A stretch of DNA of 62,491 nucleotides, the filler included. It is 4 parts of 4 records of this genome, joined end to end, with 100 filler letters (N's around TTAATTAATTAA, not from the genome) between each part and the next. Parts side by side here need not be neighbours in the genome. Positions count along the whole stretch, not along the records: positions 1 to 21,558 come from SRR31156797_12383; positions 21,659 to 48,611 come from SRR31156797_12392; 2 more parts are not named here. One strand, given 5' to 3'. The notes beneath the pieces are model-generated. The model did no database searches and was not told the DNA's origin. It saw only the letters and a program-made list of their open reading frames with translations. The translations under genes were made by a program, and so were the position numbers. Below are positions 20,314-30,258 of the stretch, piece after piece. Each line of letters starts with the position of its first letter. Position 1 is the stretch's first letter.

Positions 20314-21429
20314 TTAACTAAACAACTTAGGAATGGTAGTGCCATTTTTTGAAACATAATACCTCTTCCTTATCTTTTCATTAACATGAACACTCAAAGA
20401 ATTAGCAACTTTTTCAATTGTTTCACAAAGCGCAAAAAACTCATTTTGATGAAGGTTAATCATTTTCCATTTATCTACTACAACACTATCACTTTCTGAT
20501 AACAACGAGACCTGCTCCACATCGTTACCCAGCACCTTGAGACTATCTCCACTCAGTTGACCAAAATGATGCTGAAAGCAATTCCTCACAACTACTGCTG
20601 TGCGTAAATGGAGAGTTAGCTCTTTATCCCATTTCAAGCCTACACTTTTCGGAATAGCAGACACTCGGGATTGAAAAGATTCAAACATAAAGGCTTTCCA
20701 TATTGATGATATAATCTGCTGCTTAATAAACCAATTCTGCATGTCTGCCCCCATCAAATGAGGATCATCAATACCATTTGTATCAATTGAGAACTTTGCC
20801 TTAGGAAATGAAAGTTTTATATTAAAATAATTACCATCCGTCATAGATTCTTGAAGAAGCACAAGGTAGCAGCTATCAAGAAAAGCTTGAAACTCTTGAA
20901 CTAGCAGACAATAAGAATGTTCAAGAACAATCTTACCAATCGCCTCTTCTTCTATATTATCCTCGATTGCCTCCAATTTTAACAACCTACTAGTTAGCTC
21001 CTCCCGCATTGTTTTAACAGCCTTGATAACCCCATCACAATCCTGCTCGAGTATATGAACTGGTCGACCTTCTGGCGTTTTCCGATTTTGCCATTCCAGT
21101 TCTTTGAAGTGAAGAGGGGTTGTTGAGGCTAACCAAGAGGTTCCATTATTAGATTGCTTTACATGCCAAACATATTGTCCATGCGTATTTGGAGAATCTA
21201 AAACAAATGGCGGCAACCATATTAGCCCTAAAGCCCCATCCCCTTCCCAACCACACTCTGTAAGTTTTTCCTTAACTAATCTTTCAACATTCTTAACAAT
21301 ATCTTCAGCAATATCTTCAAAAAACCTATCAGCGACATAATCCTTAGAATCTCTCACAAAGGACAAGTCATCCATATGTTCATAGCTATAGACAACAAAA
21401 TCATCTTTAGTATTTGCTCTGAAAGGCAT
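20314..21429 (-). CDS. Hypothetical protein with C-terminal HEPN-like RxxxxH motif
   Basis: 371-aa ORF with an AGGAG SD; VVVRNCFQHHFG sits in a helical C-terminal region. Confidence 0.55.
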   Translation of the reverse strand: MPFRANTKDDFVVYSYEHMDDLSFVRDSKDYVADRFFEDIAEDIVKNVERLVKEKLTECGWEGDGALGLIWLPPFVLDSPNTHGQYVWHVKQSNNGTSWLASTTPLHFKELEWQNRKTPEGRPVHILEQDCDGVIKAVKTMREELTSRLLKLEAIEDNIEEEAIGKIVLEHSYCLLVQEFQAFLDSCYLVLLQESMTDGNYFNIKLSFPKAKFSIDTNGIDDPHLMGADMQNWFIKQQIISSIWKAFMFESFQSRVSAIPKSVGLKWDKELTLHLRTAVVVRNCFQHHFGQLSGDSLKVLGNDVEQVSLLSESDSVVVDKWKMINLHQNEFFALCETIEKVANSLSVHVNEKIRKRYYVSKNGTTIPKLFS

Positions 21430-21491
21430 TAGAACTCCTTTAAATAAGACTAACCTTCATAAACAACGGGACCCTAAAAAAACAAAAGAAA

Positions 21492-21519
21492 AAGCCCTTA
21501 CAACTTAATGTAAGGGCTT
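21492..21519 (-). terminator. Hairpin downstream of tRNA
   Basis: AAGCCCTTACA-acttaa-TGTAAGGGCTT is a perfect 11-bp stem with a T-rich tail on the minus strand. Confidence 0.7.
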
Positions 21520-21530
21520 GATCTTTCTAG

Positions 21531-21558
21531 TGGCGGAGCCGACGAGACTCGAACTCGC
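21531..21558 (-). tRNA. tRNA 3' end (T-arm, acceptor, CCA), Asp-like; truncated by contig end
   Basis: Minus strand reads GCGAGTTCGAGTCTCGTCGGCTCCGCCA. The anticodon is not visible. Confidence 0.75.
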
Positions 21559-21658
21559 NNNNNNNNNNNNNNNNNNNNNNNNNNNNNNNNNNNNNNNNNN
21601 NNTTAATTAATTAANNNNNNNNNNNNNNNNNNNNNNNNNNNNNNNNNNNNNNNNNNNN
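21559..21658. other. Artificial contig linker
   Basis: N run with a central TTAATTAATTAA (stops in all frames), 100 nt. Confidence 0.97.
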
Positions 21659-22212
21659 TCCAGGAGATTGCGGAGCCGCTTTTCTTCTTTTGCATCACTG
21701 CCCAGGTCACCGAGAAAATCCTGAAGCCGTGGCAGCAATTCATCAATATACAAGCTGGCACCACCGGAACCGATACCCGAGTCTTCTTCGTGGGCGATAA
21801 AATGCTGCCTTAAAATGGCCACCAGAAGAGATTGCTCCAACGTGAATCGTTGTCTTCTGACAAGGGGGTGGGTCCATTGATCTTCATGGTCAAATAATTG
21901 GTCCGCCACTTTTAGTAAAACAATGCCCCTGATCTCATCCAATTTCAAACAAAGTTCAATCGGCTCCAATATTCCATTTATCTCTTTTTGATGGCGCTGG
22001 ACTGTTTTATAGATTGCGGGCTTGCGGCTCGCTTCTATGACACCGTATCTTAGAATCTCCTGAACAGCTGATTTAACAGCAGCTGGTGTATAAGATTCCG
22101 ATGTTTCCTGTCCCGGGTGCGGTTCATTGGGTTCTTCAGTGGGAATATCCGCCTGAACTGAAGCCGCAGGTGCCTCTTTGGCTGTTATCCGGTCAAATAT
22201 ACCAGTCATCAC
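21659..22212 (-). CDS. jetB: Wadjet JetB (DUF4194), 3' truncated
   Basis: Overlaps the jetA stop; LVRRQRFTLEQSLLVAILRQ is typical of DUF4194. Confidence 0.78.
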
Positions 22213-23714
22213 AGGTTCTCCGTATCAATTGATTTTAATTTATCTCCGGTTAATTCAATTTTAGGGACATTGAACCGGAACATCTGACCATCATTGGTTT
22301 TGTAATCTATAGATTCGCGTCCCTCAAGGTTAGGAAGGCCGGCTTCTCTTGCCATACTGATCCAAACAGCCAGGGTTTCAAGATCATGATCCGATAACAA
22401 TTCATCGGCCAAGTCTCCAATACTGAGTTTTTTGCCGGAAGCGTTCAGCAGGTTTATGGTATCCTGAATTAATTCATCGCGATCCAACTCATCAAATGCC
22501 TCCCAGAACTCGTCTTCGATTTCATCCAGATGAACCTGTTGTTTATCCAGACGCAGGTCTTCAGGATCATGCATGTTTATTGATTTAAACCGAAAGCGCT
22601 CCACAAGGGGGAGATTGGCCACGGCCACGGCTACAGGAGGAAGAGGGGAGGGCGATCTTCTGAATGCCGTCTTTTCCCAATCAAGATTTTCATTGGAGGC
22701 AATGTCAAAAATTTCATTGAGAAGTTCTCCCACACGGTGATTATCAGAGGCGATGCTGGTCTTTAGATAATTTTTTACATCCTTTTCACTGATTGCTCTG
22801 GCCCGGATGATATTTAAAGATTCCCCCACCAACCTGGTTACCAGCAATCGTAAATCGGCCCGTTGCTTAGGTGCGAGTGCTTTACCTGCAGCAGGGTTAT
22901 TAAGAATTGTTTTAAGCCGCTGTTTCATAAGATCCAGTTCTTCAGACTGGTTCAATTGCTCATAAAATCCGTGGAAGACTTTCCCTTCCGGCGTTTCCAG
23001 CAGGCTTTCATGGCCGTCCAGCAATTTATCTACAATTTCCCCCCGATTATTCCTTGCCTTGGAGATAGACTGCCGCAGTGTTTTATCAGCAATTCTATAG
23101 GAATCTTCCACCCGGCGGAAATCAGATCTAAGGCTCATTGCAAGGGAATATATTTCCTGAATCCCTTCAACCGCTTGGGAGCCTTCCAGTACTTCAAACT
23201 GGCCTGCCTCCACCTTTTTAAGTTCCTGTTGCAGGGAATGGATTCGGTTTTTTATGTGGGTTGCCCGACTCTGCCGGTCAGGATTTAGTCTGGCTTCAAG
23301 GTTTTCTATCTCTCTTTGGACTGTTGCCAGCCTTGAGGCCGTGGAAGTCATCATTCGATCATCAAGGCTGTCCATAAACAATAGTGCTTTTTCAAGGGCA
23401 TCGGTGGCTAAAAGTCGACCTTTGCGTTGGATCAGCAAGTCTCTGCTGATCCACTCCCGAAGTTCCTTGTCTGCAAATGCTGGGAGGTCATCGGTTTTAA
23501 TATCGAACTGGTCGTAATTGATATTAAGTTCGAGGATTTGGGCCAGCAACTGAACGGCATCCTCATAAATGATTCCGTCCTGCTGGGTTTCGAATAATTG
23601 TTTTAGACAGCTTAAGACCAATGGGGCTCGGCGTGCCGCCAGCAAGCGCCATGCAGGATTTCGACGGCGGGCCAAGATATAAGATTGGCAAAGCTCTTTG
23701 CTTTTTGAGTCCAT
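22209..23714 (-). CDS. jetA: Wadjet JetA (DUF3375)
   Basis: RRNPAWRLLAARRAPLVL, TSTASRL, DFRRVE and TPEGKVFHGF are typical of DUF3375. Confidence 0.82.
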   Translation of the reverse strand: MDSKSKELCQSYILARRRNPAWRLLAARRAPLVLSCLKQLFETQQDGIIYEDAVQLLAQILELNINYDQFDIKTDDLPAFADKELREWISRDLLIQRKGRLLATDALEKALLFMDSLDDRMMTSTASRLATVQREIENLEARLNPDRQSRATHIKNRIHSLQQELKKVEAGQFEVLEGSQAVEGIQEIYSLAMSLRSDFRRVEDSYRIADKTLRQSISKARNNRGEIVDKLLDGHESLLETPEGKVFHGFYEQLNQSEELDLMKQRLKTILNNPAAGKALAPKQRADLRLLVTRLVGESLNIIRARAISEKDVKNYLKTSIASDNHRVGELLNEIFDIASNENLDWEKTAFRRSPSPLPPVAVAVANLPLVERFRFKSINMHDPEDLRLDKQQVHLDEIEDEFWEAFDELDRDELIQDTINLLNASGKKLSIGDLADELLSDHDLETLAVWISMAREAGLPNLEGRESIDYKTNDGQMFRFNVPKIELTGDKLKSIDTENL

Positions 23715-23863
23715 CTATACTTTCCCATGAACGGTTTTAGAAAGAACGTCAGGGTGGTTGTATTGGATTTACCCTGATTAAAATATCAATATCATCGCAC
23801 GAGGCGTTAGGCCAGCAGAAAAAAAGTAAAAAATGCAAATTTGAAATCTATATGTAGGTAAAG

Positions 23864-23887
23864 CATAGCCGGGTATTCCCGGCCATG
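23864..23887 (-). terminator. Possible terminator hairpin
   Basis: CATAGCCGGG-tatt-CCCGGCCATG directly after the 23901 stop. Confidence 0.45.
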
Positions 23888-23900
23888 TTGTGTCACTGAA

Positions 23901-24299
23901 TTACTCCACTTTTTTTAAACACAAAAAAGGTTCCCTGTCTTCAGGTTCGGACCTATCCTCCGTTTCTTTATGACTCCACCCGTAGCACTCGATATCATCG
24001 GATGAATCAGCTAAATCTAAACGGATCTCACCCCAGAATTCTTTGTCGCATTGAGCAGATTTAAAGTTCATAATTATGGGCTTTTCCGATGCATTTTTCA
24101 TTTCTATGAGTGAATCGAAATAGATTCTGTTTAAGTTATTAAACATGCCGCCGTTGGCCCCATTCTCTGCATCTTGAAGAATTTTTTCTCTGAATTTTTC
24201 AACCGCCTCATCTGGCCCGGCTGCTGCGGCGACCATCGAAAAAGAACCATGTTCATTGTCTTTCTCGGTGTCGAAACTAAAGTGTGCAATATATTCCAT
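23901..24299 (-). CDS. Hypothetical protein (132 aa)
   Basis: AGGAGG SD before ATG 24299; acidic protein. Confidence 0.65.
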   Translation of the reverse strand: MEYIAHFSFDTEKDNEHGSFSMVAAAAGPDEAVEKFREKILQDAENGANGGMFNNLNRIYFDSLIEMKNASEKPIIMNFKSAQCDKEFWGEIRLDLADSSDDIECYGWSHKETEDRSEPEDREPFLCLKKVE

Positions 24300-24349
24300 T
24301 GGAGTCCTCCTGTTCATTATTTAAGGTTGTGGGGGCAATGTACGACCCG

Positions 24350-24622
24350 CTATTGGCATTCCCGGTCCACATAAGCCATCCAGCCATTGCAGCCCTGGTA
24401 TTCTTTGGCCATCCCGTCTAAAAGAATTTGTCTTTGTTTTTCACTTAGTTGCTGCGGCAGCATCATGAGAAACAACGCTTGTCTGTTATGGTCCGAATCC
24501 GACATGATCAGGTCAAAGATGTCAGCATATCCTTCTTGTCTGGCTGACCGGTTATCTCTTGATCTTGTTATGCATGCTAAGCCATATGCTTTCCCTTTGA
24601 GATTTGAATACAGGTTACTCAT
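24350..24622 (-). CDS. Hypothetical protein (90 aa)
   Basis: AGGAGG SD before ATG 24622. Confidence 0.6.
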   Translation of the reverse strand: MSNLYSNLKGKAYGLACITRSRDNRSARQEGYADIFDLIMSDSDHNRQALFLMMLPQQLSEKQRQILLDGMAKEYQGCNGWMAYVDRECQ

Positions 24623-24772
24623 TTTCCTCCTGAGTGAATGTGAGTTGTTTTTATACGAGTTCGATTGTAACTGAGAGTTGATGTTTTTTTGTAGAGACCG
24701 CCTCCGGGCTTTCGGAGAATGGGGAGAAAGGCATGATTTCCTCCCCTATTCTATGCAAGACACCGGTCCAGG

Positions 24773-24979
24773 TTATGAGGTGTGGCAAGCATAAGAACAA
24801 TAATAACAGCCATTGGCTCTGGCGTAGTGTAATCTGGCCTGCTGGACAGCAGGTTGACAGCAGACATGTTCGCCTACATAGATCCTGTTTTCAGGGGCAG
24901 GCATGTGTACGCAGCCCTGTTTGTGTACTTCATGGTCTCCATTGGGTTGTTGGTTTTTGTTTACATAGTAAGACGCCAT
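24773..24979 (-). CDS. Small His/Cys-rich putative metal-binding protein (68 aa)
   Basis: YYVNKN..NGDHEVH..GC...NGCYYC...CHT; AAGGAAGG SD; sigma54 promoter upstream; hairpin downstream (about 24716-24752). Confidence 0.75.
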   Translation of the reverse strand: MASYYVNKNQQPNGDHEVHKQGCVHMPAPENRIYVGEHVCCQPAVQQARLHYARANGCYYCSYACHTS

Positions 24980-25033
24980 TGTGTCGTTCCTTCCTTTTAG
25001 GTTTTGGGTTTGTTGAAACTCAGCAACCCATAG

Positions 25034-25050
25034 AGCATTAAGGGTGCCAA
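25034..25050 (-). promoter_or_regulatory. sigma54 -24/-12 promoter for the 68-aa gene
   Basis: Minus strand TTGGCACCCTTAATGCT gives exact GG-N10-GC spacing; an IHF-like site lies at 25091-25103. Confidence 0.75.
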
Positions 25051-25217
25051 ACCGTTATTGTAGAATAATATTTTTTTTGTGACCTTGGGGTAAGTTATTG
25101 AAATAATAGGAGTTTTATATTTTAACTTTTTTATGCCTTGAACAGAAGGGGGGCAATGAGTTAAGAGGGGGGAGTAAAATATTTTGTGTGCACATAAATT
25201 AATTTATATGGTCGGAT

Positions 25218-26723
25218 ATGAAGAATATTTTGACATGCTGGATCGGGTCTGCGGATCTTAAGGCCTGTAACAATGATAAAGACGCCGGGGCAGGGCCCAT
25301 TGGCCAGGCCGTTGCATCACGGAAATATGATGAACTCTGCTTGATCAGCGATTGGGAAGCAGGAAAGACGGAGGCCTATAAAAAATGGATTGAGGGAGCG
25401 GGAAATCTCCCGGTTCGGGTTTATCCTACAAAACTGTCCGGTCCTACGGCATTTTCTGAAATCTATGAATCCGCGGTAAAGGTGGTAACCGATGTCCTGA
25501 ATAGGCATGGTAGGGAGACGAACCTCACCTTTCATATAAGCCCCGGCACTTCCCAGATGGCTGCAGTATGGATAATTCTCTCTAAAACGCTTTTCACTAA
25601 TGCAGAACTGATTGAATCCTCTATTGAGCAAGGGGTCAAAACGGTTTTATTCCCTTTTGAAATATCTGCTGAATTCATCCCTGATTTGTTGAGACCGTCA
25701 GACAAACGTTTGGAGCTAATGAGTCGGGGGCTGCCACCGGAATCGCCTGAATTTTCACAAATTATTCATAAAAGCCGTATTATGCAGCGTGTGATAGCCA
25801 AGGCCCAGCATGTGGCAATACGCTCGGTTCCCGTTTTAATGGAAGGTGAATCCGGTACGGGTAAAGAATTATTTGCCCGGGCGATTCATCGTGCAAGCCC
25901 AAGAAAAGATAAACCCTTTATCACTGTAAATTGTGGTGCAATTCCGGCAGATCTTCTTGAATCTCAACTTTTTGGCCATGTTAAAGGGGCCTTTACCGGG
26001 GCGGATAAAACTCAAAAAGGGTATTTTGAGGAAGCCGACGGTGGCACATTGTTTCTTGATGAAATCGGAGAGCTCCCTTTATTAAGCCAGGTAAAATTGT
26101 TGCGGACACTCCAGGAAAGTGAAGTGGTTCGCGTCGGAACCGCCAAACCGATTAAAATTGATGTCAGGATTATCGCTGCAACCAACAGGAGCCTGATCGA
26201 AGAAATACAGGAGGGACGATTCAGGGCCGATCTTTTCTATCGGCTGGCAGTGGCAATTTTGAAGATTCCTCCTCTCAGGGAAAGAACAGGGGATTTAAGT
26301 TTTCTTGTTGATCATTTTATGGCCCAGGTCAATACAGAGAGTAAAAATGAACCCGGCTACAAAGATAAAAAAATTTCTCCTGATGCAAAAAATCTTATGC
26401 TCCAGCATTCGTGGCCGGGCAATGTCCGTGAATTGTTAAACACGATCCAGCGGGCTGCGATCTGGTCCTTTGATTCAACCATAAACCGCGAGGACATTGA
26501 GGATGCACTGATTCCTCTGGGCTCTTCAAATCCTTCGGATATTCTGAACAGGCCCGTAGGAGGGGATTTTAGAATTGAAGAAGTGTTGGACATTGTTACA
26601 AAACATTATATTGAAAAGGCACTAAAAGAAGCTAATGGGAAGAAAGGGAAAGCAGCTGAATTGATAGGGCTTTCTAATTATCAGACCCTTGGGAACTGGA
26701 TGAAAAAATACAATATCAATTAA
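25218..26723 (+). CDS. sigma54-dependent enhancer-binding activator with N-terminal CARF/RtcR-like domain
   Basis: GESGTGKE, intact GAFTGA, LFLDEIGE, FRADLFYRL, WPGNVREL, C-terminal HTH. The N-terminal LTFHISPGTSQM resembles the CARF ligand loop. Confidence 0.88.
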   Translation: MKNILTCWIGSADLKACNNDKDAGAGPIGQAVASRKYDELCLISDWEAGKTEAYKKWIEGAGNLPVRVYPTKLSGPTAFSEIYESAVKVVTDVLNRHGRETNLTFHISPGTSQMAAVWIILSKTLFTNAELIESSIEQGVKTVLFPFEISAEFIPDLLRPSDKRLELMSRGLPPESPEFSQIIHKSRIMQRVIAKAQHVAIRSVPVLMEGESGTGKELFARAIHRASPRKDKPFITVNCGAIPADLLESQLFGHVKGAFTGADKTQKGYFEEADGGTLFLDEIGELPLLSQVKLLRTLQESEVVRVGTAKPIKIDVRIIAATNRSLIEEIQEGRFRADLFYRLAVAILKIPPLRERTGDLSFLVDHFMAQVNTESKNEPGYKDKKISPDAKNLMLQHSWPGNVRELLNTIQRAAIWSFDSTINREDIEDALIPLGSSNPSDILNRPVGGDFRIEEVLDIVTKHYIEKALKEANGKKGKAAELIGLSNYQTLGNWMKKYNIN

Positions 26724-26725
26724 TG

Positions 26726-26742
26726 TTGGCACTAGTATTGCT
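26726..26742 (+). promoter_or_regulatory. sigma54 -24/-12 promoter upstream of hsdR
   Basis: TTGGCACTAGTATTGCT is a near-perfect YTGGCAC-N5-TTGCW, starting 2 nt after the activator stop. Confidence 0.85.
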
Positions 26743-26771
26743 CTTAAACTCTTGCAATGGATAATCTGATT

Positions 26772-29700
26772 ATGAAATCGATAAATTTTGAAATTCTTCG
26801 CGATAAATGGCCTGAGTTGGCAAGTCTTGGTGGTTTTGCCGAAAACTACTCCCACACGGATCCCTCAAGTGCTCTTGTTAAGCTGCGAACCTTTGTCGAG
26901 TCATTTGTTGATCAAATTTATCGGTTTTACGGATTACCAAAACCGTATTATTCATCGTTGAATGACCTGTTGAATAATCATGCATTCAAGGCGGCTGTGC
27001 CTTCCGTCATCGTAAACACGCTGCATATCATAAGAAAATCAGGAAATAAAGCTGCCCATGGTGCTGATATTACTCAATATGAAGCGCTGAAGTTAGTTAA
27101 AGATGCTTATAATCTTTCAAGGTGGTTTTATGTTTTTACCGGTGGTTCCCAAGAGGACTGTAAGGACTTTCAGGAACCTGGTAAGCCCGAAAAGGTATCA
27201 TTAAAAAACAAGAAACGGGATCTCGAAGAGCTTGCTGTAAAAGAAGCCCAACTTCAGGCTGCCCTTGAAGAGTTAAAAGCCTCAACAGCCAAAATTGAAG
27301 CTGCTGAGAAAAAAGCCCAAGAACTTGAGAATCTCATGGCGAAAGGGCAGAAAACCGCTGATGCCCTTGAATTTGATGAAGCGATGACCCGGCAGCGGCT
27401 CATTGATTACCAGCTGGTAGATGCGGGGTGGGATGTCGGCCCGGACGGAGACGACACTGATGAGGTCACCCAGGAAGAAGAGGTCAAGGGGCAGCCGACA
27501 AAAACGGGCGTCGGATATGCAGATTATGTCCTCTGGGATAATAATGGCAAGCCCCTTGCTGTAATTGAAGCCAAGAAGACCGCTGTAAGCGCAGAGATGG
27601 GGCGGAAGCAGGCTCAGCTATATGCCGACGGCCTGGAAGCGGCTTACGATCAGCGGCCCGTCATTTTTTATACCAACGGATTTGAAATATTTATCTGGGA
27701 TGACGCCCAGAATTACCCGCCGCGGAAACTTTACGGCTTCTATTCAAAGGACAGTCTGCAGTATCTGATTTTCCAGCGCAATTACAAAAAGAATCTGGAT
27801 ACCCTTGATTCCTCTGCTGACATTGCAGGCCGGCTGTATCAGCTTGAAGCCATCAAACGGGTTTGTGAAAGATTTTCTGAAAAGCACAGAAGAGCCTTGA
27901 TTGTCCAGGCCACAGGGACCGGTAAAACAAGGGTCGCCATAGCGTTGACTGATCTATTGATTCGCGCCGGGTGGGTGAAGCGGGTGCTTTTCCTTTGTGA
28001 CCGAAAAGAACTGAGACGCCAGGCCAAAAATGCATTTAATGATTTTATTTCAGAGCCCATGACCATCGTCTCCGCCCGGACAGCCAAGGACAGGAATAAA
28101 CGGATTTATCTGGGCACCTATCCCGCCGTCAGTAAGATTTTTCAGACCTTTGACCCGGGATTTTTCGACCTTATCATTGCCGATGAATCCCACCGAAGCA
28201 TTTATAACCGGTACAGGGACATATTCACCTACTTTGATGCTCTGCAGGTTGGGTTGACTGCGACGCCCGTTGATTACATCAGCCGCAACACATTCAAACT
28301 GTTCGGATGCAGTGAACAGAACCCCACGGCCTATTATTCCCTGGGCAAAGGGGTGGAAGAGGGCTATCTGTCCCCCTATGAAGTGTACACACATACCACA
28401 AAATTTCTCAGGGCCGGCATAAAGTATAAAGATTTAACCAAGGAACAGCGGGAGCAGCTGGAAGAGGACGGAGAGGATCCAAAGTCTTTTAATTTTGATG
28501 CCGTCCAGATCGATAAACAGGTCTTTAATAAAGAAACCAACCGGATGATACTGAGAAATCTCATGGAAAACGGGATCAAGGAAGATACCGGGCAGTTTCC
28601 CGGTAAAACCATTATTTTTGCCCGAAGCCATGACCATGCAGTCCTTCTCGCTGAGCTCTTCGACGAGGTCTATCCCCAATACGGTGGGAAATTTTGCCAG
28701 GTCATCGATAATTATGATCCCAGGGCAGAGCAGCTCATTGATGACTTTAAGGAGGGGACCTGTCAAAAAGATGATTTAACCATTGCCATATCCGTGGATA
28801 TGCTTGATACGGGAATCGATATCCCTGAAATCGTGAACCTTGTATTTGCAAAACCGGTAAAGTCCAAAGTTAAGTTTTGGCAGATGATCGGCCGGGGGAC
28901 CCGGTTGTCTCCCGACCTTTTCGGAGACGGAAAGGATAAAACCGTTTTTCGGATTTTTGACCATTGGGGCAATTTTGAGTATTTTGAAGAAAAATTTAAG
29001 GAGTCAGAACCAGGAGCCTCAAAATCCTTAATGCAACAGGTTTTCGAAATACGGGTCAACCTGGCAGACAAAGCGCTGCAGGAATCTGAGATTGCGTTTT
29101 TTGATACCATAATTCATCTAATCCGACAGAATATTTTATCTCTGCCTGAAAAAACGATTGCTGTCAGGGAGAGGTGGCGTGAGAAAAAAAAGCTGGAGAA
29201 TATCGATACACTTAAAGGGTTTTCCCCTGCCACATTGGCATCTTTAAAAAAGGACCTGGCCCCCCTGATGCAGTGGGTGGATATCCGGGGCCATGCCGAT
29301 GCCTGTCGATTTGACCTGCTGATTGCACAATTGCAGAAGGAAAAGCTTAAAAAAAGTGCCTTATTCGATAATCTGAAAGGAGAATTGTTAAATCGCATCG
29401 GCCAGCTTCGGATGAACCTTAACCAGGTCAAAGAGAAGGCCGAAGTTATCAAAAAGTTAAAAGATAAAAAGTTTTGGGATACCGTCACCCTTAAGGACTT
29501 GGAAGACGTCCGTATGGACCTCAGGGGTATCATGCAGTATCGCGATAAGGGGACTGTTCAACCCAAACCTGAACCCTATTTGATTGATATTGATGACAGT
29601 GATGAGATCAAGGAGGAGAAAGCACCCTATCTACCTGAAGTTGAAATGGTGGCCTATAAAAAACGGGTTGAGGAAGCACTCCTTGATATCTTCGATAAAA

Positions 29701-30155
29701 ATATCACCTTGCAGAAAATAAGATCCGGTCAATCCGTTAGTAAAGAGGACCTCGATTCCCTTGTGTCCCTGGTGCTTACCCAGAATCCGGATGTGAATTT
29801 TGATCTCCTTGCGGAGTTTTATCCGGAAAACGCAAGGTCTTTGGACTTTATAATTCGGTCAATTATTGGTATGGACGCCGGGGCTGTTAAACAGCGCTTT
29901 GAGGAGTTTGCCATGAAAAACTCCGGACTGAGCGCCCGGCAGGTGAGTTTTTTAAGGATGCTCCAGAATCATATTGCAAAATATGGATCCATAGAAATCG
30001 ATAATCTCTATGAAGCGCCGTTTACCACCTTGGCCAGTGACGGCATTGACGGTATTTTTGAAGATGACAGCCAGGTGGATGAAATCATAAGCATTCTGGA
30101 AACGTTTCAGCCCCAGGGGCAGGATGTTACGGGAGATGAAACCAGGCCCAATTAA
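26772..30155 (+). CDS. hsdR: Type I restriction enzyme R subunit (EcoAI/EcoEI-like, N-terminal DUF4145-like domain)
   Basis: ADYVL...VIEAKK nuclease, ATGTGKT, DESHRS, GLTATP, QMIGRGTR. ATG 26772 is preferred over 26757 given the promoter position. Confidence 0.93.
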   Translation: MKSINFEILRDKWPELASLGGFAENYSHTDPSSALVKLRTFVESFVDQIYRFYGLPKPYYSSLNDLLNNHAFKAAVPSVIVNTLHIIRKSGNKAAHGADITQYEALKLVKDAYNLSRWFYVFTGGSQEDCKDFQEPGKPEKVSLKNKKRDLEELAVKEAQLQAALEELKASTAKIEAAEKKAQELENLMAKGQKTADALEFDEAMTRQRLIDYQLVDAGWDVGPDGDDTDEVTQEEEVKGQPTKTGVGYADYVLWDNNGKPLAVIEAKKTAVSAEMGRKQAQLYADGLEAAYDQRPVIFYTNGFEIFIWDDAQNYPPRKLYGFYSKDSLQYLIFQRNYKKNLDTLDSSADIAGRLYQLEAIKRVCERFSEKHRRALIVQATGTGKTRVAIALTDLLIRAGWVKRVLFLCDRKELRRQAKNAFNDFISEPMTIVSARTAKDRNKRIYLGTYPAVSKIFQTFDPGFFDLIIADESHRSIYNRYRDIFTYFDALQVGLTATPVDYISRNTFKLFGCSEQNPTAYYSLGKGVEEGYLSPYEVYTHTTKFLRAGIKYKDLTKEQREQLEEDGEDPKSFNFDAVQIDKQVFNKETNRMILRNLMENGIKEDTGQFPGKTIIFARSHDHAVLLAELFDEVYPQYGGKFCQVIDNYDPRAEQLIDDFKEGTCQKDDLTIAISVDMLDTGIDIPEIVNLVFAKPVKSKVKFWQMIGRGTRLSPDLFGDGKDKTVFRIFDHWGNFEYFEEKFKESEPGASKSLMQQVFEIRVNLADKALQESEIAFFDTIIHLIRQNILSLPEKTIAVRERWREKKKLENIDTLKGFSPATLASLKKDLAPLMQWVDIRGHADACRFDLLIAQLQKEKLKKSALFDNLKGELLNRIGQLRMNLNQVKEKAEVIKKLKDKKFWDTVTLKDLEDVRMDLRGIMQYRDKGTVQPKPEPYLIDIDDSDEIKEEKAPYLPEVEMVAYKKRVEEALLDIFDKNITLQKIRSGQSVSKEDLDSLVSLVLTQNPDVNFDLLAEFYPENARSLDFIIRSIIGMDAGAVKQRFEEFAMKNSGLSARQVSFLRMLQNHIAKYGSIEIDNLYEAPFTTLASDGIDGIFEDDSQVDEIISILETFQPQGQDVTGDETRPN

Positions 30156-30258
30156 CATAAACAAAGAATGGTAGCAAACAGTGTCTAAGTGGAAAATTGA
30201 AAATTCTATCGAATATATCCTTGGGCACTATGTAAATGAATTAAAGAAATAAAGGTAA

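Noticed and set aside
21603-21614. TTAATTAATTAA palindrome, also at the other two gaps
   Set aside because: Assembly or concatenation linker embedded in Ns, not biological.
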